Positions 27,319 to 32,845 of a stretch of 64,000 nt of DNA are shown piece after piece. This DNA comes from Bacteroidota bacterium. Lineage in GTDB: Bacteria > Bacteroidota > Ignavibacteria > Kryptoniales > JAKASW01. Location: assembly GCA_021845665.1 (NCBI GenBank), contig JAJZVO010000008.1, positions 12,448 to 76,447 on the forward strand, in the 5' to 3' direction. A model generated the notes under the pieces. It was not told the DNA's origin, searched no databases, and saw nothing but the letters and a program-made list of their open reading frames with translations. Position numbers and translations under genes: made by a program. Within the stretch, counting starts at the first letter, position 1; each line of letters begins with the position of its first letter.

Positions 27319-28332
27319 TCAGCCATTCTTCGGATGTTCCGGATCGGTGTGCATCATTTCCGTGTCCCAGAACACATCGGATCCATAGCGGGAACCGCTG
27401 TCCGGAAAGACGGTCACGATGATGCCCGACCCGATTTCGAGTGCAAGTTTTAACGATGCGGCCATAGCAGCGCCGCTCGAAATGCCGACGAACAGCCCTT
27501 CTTCCCGCGACAGACGTCTAACCATCTCATAAGCTTCGTCGGTAGAGACAGCAAGCTCTTCGTCTGAGACAGACGGGTCGTAGATGCCCGGCACAATTGA
27601 AGTCCTCAGGTGCTTCAATCCTTCGAGTCCGTGCAGCGGAGAGTCGGGTTGAAATGACACACAACGAATCGCAGGATTGAACTTCTTCAGACGACGCGAT
27701 GTGCCGACGAAGGTCCCGGTTGTGCCAAGCCCCGCCACAAAGTGAGTCACCGTTCGTCCCGATTGTTCCCATATTTCCGGTGCAGTCGTCCTGTAATGCG
27801 CCATCCAATTTTCGGGGTTATTATACTGGTCGGGATAGAAATATTTGCCCGGTTCAGCGGCTATAATCTCTTTGACGAGCTGTTGGGCCCCATCGGTGCC
27901 CGTGAGCGGATCTGTTAGAATTATCTCCGCTCCGTAGGCCCGCAGGGCGGCTTTTCTTTCCTTGCTCGCATTGGCAGGGAGCGCAAGCGTAACACGATAT
28001 CCTAGCACACTTCCTATCATCGCGTAAGCTATTCCGGTATTTCCGCTCGTCGCGTCGATTATAACTTTTTCTCCGGTAAGCGCACCGGACCTCTCGGCAT
28101 CTCGGATCATGGCAATAGCCGCCCTATCTTTGACAGACCCCCCAGGGTTGAACCATTCGGCCTTCGCGTAGATCGCGGCGCTCTCGATTCCCTCGGTGAG
28201 TTTTCGAATGCGGAGAAGCGGCGTATTGCCTATCTGACCGAGTATAGAATTCCTCTCCGGTTCGCGTTGATCCGTCAGCGTCTGTTCTAAGCGAGTGCCG
28301 CCGCTTTCCACCGAGAATGGTACCTTATTCAA
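27319..28332 (-). CDS. cysM: Cysteine synthase, CysM/CysK fold (PLP-dependent)
   Basis: Carries GNTPLLRIRKL, NPGGSVKDRAA (PLP Lys), TSGNTG and GISSGAA. The start is uncertain. TTG 28332 overlaps the stop of the upstream small ORF (TTGA). GTG 28311 is also possible. ATG 28587 would add a 100-aa low-complexity extension not expected for this family. Confidence 0.8.
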   Translation of the reverse strand: MNKVPFSVESGGTRLEQTLTDQREPERNSILGQIGNTPLLRIRKLTEGIESAAIYAKAEWFNPGGSVKDRAAIAMIRDAERSGALTGEKVIIDATSGNTGIAYAMIGSVLGYRVTLALPANASKERKAALRAYGAEIILTDPLTGTDGAQQLVKEIIAAEPGKYFYPDQYNNPENWMAHYRTTAPEIWEQSGRTVTHFVAGLGTTGTFVGTSRRLKKFNPAIRCVSFQPDSPLHGLEGLKHLRTSIVPGIYDPSVSDEELAVSTDEAYEMVRRLSREEGLFVGISSGAAMAASLKLALEIGSGIIVTVFPDSGSRYGSDVFWDTEMMHTDPEHPKNG

Positions 28333-28616
28333 ACTTCTGTCTTCTGATGAGCCGTTGCCACGATTGAAATGTTCACGGCCCTTTGCCTGTCTATTGCGCG
28401 AAGTTTCTTGCATCGTTTGCAAATGCTTTTGTATTGCGGATAGAAGTCTTCCGGGCTTCTGTTTCCGCAATAGCGGCACTTGGGTGATTTCCGGTACCGG
28501 CGTTTCTGAAACGACACGTTTCCGTATCTCCGAAACCTCATATAATGTTTCCAGCAGAGTCCGCGCGCCGCGGGTTCGCCGGCACATCCATCCACGCTAC
28601 ATAAATAGCTGTTCAA
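28329..28616 (-). CDS. Possible small Cys-rich zinc-ribbon protein (frame alternative to a CysM N-terminal extension)
   Basis: Part of track ORF 28329..28706. From TTG 28616 it reads (M)NSYLCSVDGCAGEPAARGLCWKHYMRFRRYGN...CRYCGN...CKRCKK. That gives a C.4C..GLC..H motif plus two CxxC pairs. Its stop overlaps a candidate cysM start (TTGA). Alternative starts are GTG 28595 (1 nt after the cysG stop) and ATG 28706. Confidence 0.4.
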   Translation of the reverse strand: MNSYLCSVDGCAGEPAARGLCWKHYMRFRRYGNVSFQKRRYRKSPKCRYCGNRSPEDFYPQYKSICKRCKKLRAIDRQRAVNISIVATAHQKTEV

Positions 28617-30063
28617 GAAAATTATTCCTTTCTTGCCCGGGGATATTTGGAGAAGAAGATTTGCAGCGAACTGAATTGGCCGAGAGCGACATAACCGTTT
28701 CTCCAATAACGATAATTCCCGGGAGATCAGTTTCTATCCTGCCGGCTTTTTCAGAAATGTCACCGACCGTTCCCATCACCAGCTTTTCTTCGTCGGTAGT
28801 ACCACCGAATATTACCGCAGCAGGCCTGAGCCAGGGGACTCCGTTGGATATCAGTTTCTCCGAAATGGGCCCGAGGTTCTTCGTCCCCATGTAGATTACG
28901 ATTGTGTCGGCCCGCGCGGCAGAAGCCCAATCGACACACTCCCGTGCCTTAAGCGGATCTTCGTGGCCCGTTACAAAGAGAACGCTCGAAGCCTCTTTGC
29001 GATGTGTGAGAGGGATGCCTTTCGAGGTGGGTATGCCGGTGCCTGCAGTAATTCCTGGAACGACTTCGGCTTCAATACCCGCCCGCTGCAGTGCCTCCAC
29101 CTCTTCTCCACCCCGGCCGAAAACGAAAGGATCGCCGCACTTGAGTCTCACGACTATTTTTCCCTCGCGAGCTTTCCGGATAAGGATGCCGTTGATCTCT
29201 TCCTGTTTCATGCAGTGAGTTCGCGCCCTCTTGCCGACGTAGATCAGCTCAGCTGCAGAAATTACCTCGCGAAGGAGTTCTTGAGAAACCAATGCATCGT
29301 AAAGAACTACCTCCGCAGACCGGAGCATCCTTAAACCTTTCACGGTGATCAAGTCCGGATCGCCAGGTCCCGCACCGACAAGAAACACTTTTCCAGTAAC
29401 ACCCCGGTTATCCTTCAAGCTTTTCATTGAAAGATTTCTTGCGCCGATCTTCCTCTCCCGTCCATCGCTTCCCCTTTTTATCATTCTTCCAGTTCTGTGG
29501 AGCTTGCTTTTGACGTATTGTTCTTGTGCTCTCTTCCTGCTCTCGTAATCCGGAAACGTCTCCCGGATACCCGGCCGCAACCGTCCGATCTTCTCGATGG
29601 TCTCAGGGTATCCCGTGCCGAACTCATCTGCTATCCTGTCACGGATTATTTTCCCAGCGGTCGGGCTCAGGCCATTAGTCGAGACTGCGACTTTCAAATC
29701 GCCTTTAGAAAACACCGATCCGAGATAGAAAGTGCACAAATCGGGTTCGTCTGCAACGTTGACCGGAACATTAAGCGCGGAGGCTTCTGAATAGACCTGC
29801 TTTTGCACGGCAGGGTCATCGGTCGCTGCTATAACGACGGTATATCCCGCCGCATCGCCGTCAGTATATTTCCGCCGCTTCAGAGAGACTCCTGACGAAA
29901 CGGAATGCGCCTCCATCCACGGAGTGAACGAGGGTGAAATCACAGTGACATCTGCTCCGCAATCGAGAAGGCTCCTTAGTTTTTGTTCGGCGACATTTCC
30001 TCCTCCCACGACGAGGACACGCCGTCCGTTAACTTTCAGGAATATGGGATACAATCGGTTCAT
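28597..30063 (-). CDS. cysG: Siroheme synthase (precorrin-2 dehydrogenase/ferrochelatase + uroporphyrinogen-III C-methyltransferase)
   Basis: 488 aa. N-terminal Rossmann domain (RVLVVGGGNVAEQKLRSLLDCGADVTVISP). C-terminal SUMT domain (VFLVGAGPGDPDLITVKGLRMLRSAEVVLYDALV, VRLKCGDPFVFGRGGEE, GITAGTG). Confidence 0.9.
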   Translation of the reverse strand: MNRLYPIFLKVNGRRVLVVGGGNVAEQKLRSLLDCGADVTVISPSFTPWMEAHSVSSGVSLKRRKYTDGDAAGYTVVIAATDDPAVQKQVYSEASALNVPVNVADEPDLCTFYLGSVFSKGDLKVAVSTNGLSPTAGKIIRDRIADEFGTGYPETIEKIGRLRPGIRETFPDYESRKRAQEQYVKSKLHRTGRMIKRGSDGRERKIGARNLSMKSLKDNRGVTGKVFLVGAGPGDPDLITVKGLRMLRSAEVVLYDALVSQELLREVISAAELIYVGKRARTHCMKQEEINGILIRKAREGKIVVRLKCGDPFVFGRGGEEVEALQRAGIEAEVVPGITAGTGIPTSKGIPLTHRKEASSVLFVTGHEDPLKARECVDWASAARADTIVIYMGTKNLGPISEKLISNGVPWLRPAAVIFGGTTDEEKLVMGTVGDISEKAGRIETDLPGIIVIGETVMSLSANSVRCKSSSPNIPGQERNNFLEQLFM

Positions 30064-30632
30064 CCACGACTCCTCTTGGCCGCTTGTTCGGACTCTCCGG
30101 CTACCGGAAGAGCCGACAGTGCATCCTTCTCAACGGTTACAACATCAATGTCACCTGCGATAGCAAGATCGTAACCGTAAAGGAGGTATTCACGAATCAA
30201 CGGTACCAATTCCTCGTCCCGGGGGGCAATAAGTTTCAAAGGCTCAATGTCTATCCTGAATTTTTCGGTAAGATGCATCAGCGCGATGTTTTTTCCGTCC
30301 AGGTCCCTCAGGATCACTTCGGTGCGAACATTGAGGTCCTCACCTTCGTCGTCTGAGATCATCAACAACGGCCGAATCATTTGAACCGGGTTGCCGGATA
30401 GAAGCACGTTGAGGGCGTCCTCGTAATCTTCTCCTCCGGAAAAGCCATGGATCGCATCTTCGCCAGCCAGCATCAACTTAGAGATCTCGGACCAGACTGT
30501 AAGCGACAGGTTTATTGAAGGGAGTCTTTCGATCCTGTCGACAACGCCAAATTTCTGGGCCGCTTCTAACCGACGAACTGTATACGCTGACCGGAGAGGA
30601 CTTAATGATGTTGCCGGCCTCATGTTGATCAT
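30060..30632 (-). CDS. Stand-alone PUA-like protein resembling the N-terminal domain of ATP sulfurylase
   Basis: About 190 aa. Start placed at ATG 30632, which overlaps the sir stop (ATGA). Its own stop overlaps the cysG ATG (ATGA, 30063..30060). Pattern L.L......L..G.....GF....DYE......G..V....P.L.....E...L.....V.L.D.DGK.IA resembles the Sat PUA_2 domain (from memory). No catalytic HxxH/GRD region. Confidence 0.5.
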   Translation of the reverse strand: MINMRPATSLSPLRSAYTVRRLEAAQKFGVVDRIERLPSINLSLTVWSEISKLMLAGEDAIHGFSGGEDYEDALNVLLSGNPVQMIRPLLMISDDEGEDLNVRTEVILRDLDGKNIALMHLTEKFRIDIEPLKLIAPRDEELVPLIREYLLYGYDLAIAGDIDVVTVEKDALSALPVAGESEQAAKRSRG

Positions 30633-32422
30633 GCGGCACATTCCCCTTCGCCTGACGACGCGGCAAAAGCCTTATCCTCCCCGAGATCGATGAATAGTTC
30701 CCCAGTTAGTCTTTCCGGACGCAGGTCCGCCAAATCCCTGACAACATCGCGAAATGCAACTATACCGACGCGTTCATAGAATTGCCAGAAATTCTCACTT
30801 TCGATTCTGTTTGAAAGATATCTCTTGATAATTCTCGTTACGGCCTCTGGAGCATAACGTGCGGGAATTCTCCCTAGCGTTCCTCCAAATGTGTGCCTGC
30901 CGGAGTTCATTCCACCGCCGATCGAAATCAGATACGAAGGTATTTCTCCACCCGCTATCTTCTTTGTGGCACCGTGAAATCCTATTGCGGCTACATGATG
31001 CTGACCGCATGAATTCGGGCAACCGCTTATTTTTATGCGAAGCCCATCCAGAAGGGCGTTCCAGTCGGGATGCCGCTGAAGAAGTTGAGTTAGTTCCTTT
31101 CCGAGTGCACGCGAATGAGTGATGCCGAGATTGCAGGTGTCCGCACCCGGGCATGAAGTTACATTCGCTATTTCCTGAGCGCCAGCCTGGTGAAGTCCCG
31201 CCCCTTTCAATTCGTGATAGATTGACGCGATATCGGAAGACCTGATCCATCTCAGCACGATATCCTGCTGAGCGGTGGTGCGTACCATGCCGTTGGTGAA
31301 TTTATCCGCAATCCTGCCAAGCTCAAACAGCTGATCGACAGTGTAATCTCCGATAGTCGTATTCACATAGACCACGTTGTACCCGCTCTGTCTTTGAGGG
31401 AACACATTGGAATTCAACCAATGGTTAAACTCGTGATCTCCGTTCGATTGCGGAATACATGGATGATCGACCGGCAGATAGCCCTCCTCTTCCCCTATCT
31501 CCACTTCGGGGAATGTTCTTTCTGAAGCAAGTATCTTTTCTCTCTCTTGCACAACGAGCCGTTTAAACTCTTCGAAACCAAGTCTCCAAAGGACGTATTT
31601 CATCCTCGCCTTCGACCTGATCTTCCTGTTGCCGTGATCGTTGAAAACCCTGACGATAGCTTCGGTCGTTGGAATAAGCAGTCCGGCAGGGAGAAACTCT
31701 TCAAGAACGTCAGCGACACGCGGCTGAGCCCCGAGTCCCCCACCGACGAAAACTTTGAACCCGGGGACAGGTGTACCGTCGACATCTCTTACTGCTGCGA
31801 CGAATCCGATATCGTGTATCCAAGGAATTATCGCGTCGCGTTCATCGGATATCCCCGAAAAAGAAATTTTGAATTTTCGCGGGAGAGCCTGGCTCAGCTC
31901 GTTCCGCAGGAAATGTTTTGCAAGGAGATGAGAATATGGAGTCACGTCGAACGCTTCGTCAGCGGAGACTCCGGCCAAAGGAGACCCGACTATGTTGCGA
32001 ACGGTGTTTCCACACGCCTCACGCGTCGTCAGGCCGGCTTCATTCAAGCTCTCCATCAACTCCGGAACGCTTTCGAGTTTTACCCAGTGAAGCTGGATAT
32101 CCTGTCTTGTCGTGACGTGCGCGATGCCGTCAGCGAATTGTCTTGCAATACTTGCGAGCCGCCGGACCTGCAGTGAGGTCAGAAGTCCGTAAGGAACCTT
32201 TACGCGGACCATGCTGAATCCCTGCTGATCGGGTCTCTGACCATAGATGCCCAACTGGAGCCTGAACTTTTTGAACTCCTCCTCAGAAATGTCACCGATC
32301 TTGAAGCGCGCAATCGCACTCCTCATATTTTTCGCATCTTCAGCATAAGCTTCGGATGTATCTATGCCTGCACTATAAGTGTGCGCTTCGTTCAGGTCCA
32401 ACTCAATCTCCTCCTTTTGCAT
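30629..32422 (-). CDS. sir: Assimilatory sulfite reductase hemoprotein (siroheme/[4Fe-4S], ferredoxin-type NiR/SiR family)
   Basis: 597 aa. Duplicated NIR_SIR ferredoxin-like and 4Fe-4S/siroheme domains. Cluster-binding motif TSCPGADTCNLGI....GCPNSCGQHH. Confidence 0.9.
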   Translation of the reverse strand: MQKEEIELDLNEAHTYSAGIDTSEAYAEDAKNMRSAIARFKIGDISEEEFKKFRLQLGIYGQRPDQQGFSMVRVKVPYGLLTSLQVRRLASIARQFADGIAHVTTRQDIQLHWVKLESVPELMESLNEAGLTTREACGNTVRNIVGSPLAGVSADEAFDVTPYSHLLAKHFLRNELSQALPRKFKISFSGISDERDAIIPWIHDIGFVAAVRDVDGTPVPGFKVFVGGGLGAQPRVADVLEEFLPAGLLIPTTEAIVRVFNDHGNRKIRSKARMKYVLWRLGFEEFKRLVVQEREKILASERTFPEVEIGEEEGYLPVDHPCIPQSNGDHEFNHWLNSNVFPQRQSGYNVVYVNTTIGDYTVDQLFELGRIADKFTNGMVRTTAQQDIVLRWIRSSDIASIYHELKGAGLHQAGAQEIANVTSCPGADTCNLGITHSRALGKELTQLLQRHPDWNALLDGLRIKISGCPNSCGQHHVAAIGFHGATKKIAGGEIPSYLISIGGGMNSGRHTFGGTLGRIPARYAPEAVTRIIKRYLSNRIESENFWQFYERVGIVAFRDVVRDLADLRPERLTGELFIDLGEDKAFAASSGEGECAA

Positions 32423-32467
32423 TCTTCCGGAAAATCATCGCGCGGTCATCGCCGGAATTCTCTATAC

Positions 32468-32506
32468 AATGAAAAAGCCCTTCGCCGATATTCGACGAAG
32501 GGCTTT
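32468..32506 (-). terminator. Intrinsic terminator inside the 5' leader of the sir operon (attenuator terminator candidate)
   Basis: Minus strand: AAAGCCCUUCGUCG-AAUAU-CGGCGAAGGGCUUU followed by UUCAUUGUAU. Stem is 14 bp including one G-U pair. It lies about 45 nt upstream of the sir ATG and 25 nt downstream of the leader ORF stop. Confidence 0.7.
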
Positions 32507-32531
32507 AAAAATCTGATTTGTAGGTTCTAGT

Positions 32532-32642
32532 TCAATTCATAGACCCGCACCTTCGCGAAACCGAGGCGATCATCATAGAACGACAACAACAGGCGCATGC
32601 TTGAACTGTCTCTGTCTTCCGTGAAGGTCTTTGGTTATTCAT
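32532..32642 (-). CDS. Candidate regulatory leader peptide rich in Cys/Met codons
   Basis: 36 codons, read by hand and too short for the ORF track: MNNQRPSRKTETVQACACCCRSMMIASVSRRCGSMN*. The Cys run is at 32597..32583 and Met-Met at 32576..32571. Confidence 0.5.
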   Translation of the reverse strand: MNNQRPSRKTETVQACACCCRSMMIASVSRRCGSMN

Positions 32643-32650
32643 GACAATAG

Positions 32651-32679
32651 AAATTAGAAATACTTAATTATTTTGTCAA
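32651..32679 (-). promoter_or_regulatory. Candidate sigma70-type promoter of the leader/sir operon
   Basis: Minus strand: TTGACA (32679..32674), a 17-nt spacer, then TAATTT (32656..32651), which ends 8 nt before the leader ORF ATG. The -35 lies in one arm of a 9-bp inverted repeat. FCB-type promoters may follow other rules, so this is tentative. Confidence 0.35.
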
Positions 32680-32790
32680 GTTTTAAGCGCGGGAATATTC
32701 TAAATTGACAAAAGTCGAGGCCCATTGACACTGTGCCGCCGGAGAGCCGCCTAATGAAGGTTCAGGGCTGAATGAATGGACCGACGATTT

Positions 32791-32845
32791 CAAATATCAG
32801 ACCGCCATCCATCGCCGGAAGGTTTCATTCGCATTCTGATATTTG
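32791..32845. repeat. Perfect 11-bp inverted repeat abutting the GH38-like gene stop codon
   Basis: CAAATATCAGA (32791..32801) and TCTGATATTTG (32835..32845) with a 33-nt GC-rich spacer. The stop codon is at 32846..32848. No U tract follows on the minus strand. Confidence 0.6.

Noticed and set aside
32423-32660. SAM riboswitch or T-box as the explanation for the terminator in the sir leader.
   Set aside because: There is no SAM-I/SAM-II core, no T-box (AGGGUGGNACCGCG-like) sequence and no specifier-loop architecture. The Cys-run ORF plus a terminator-arm duplicate fits leader-peptide attenuation better.
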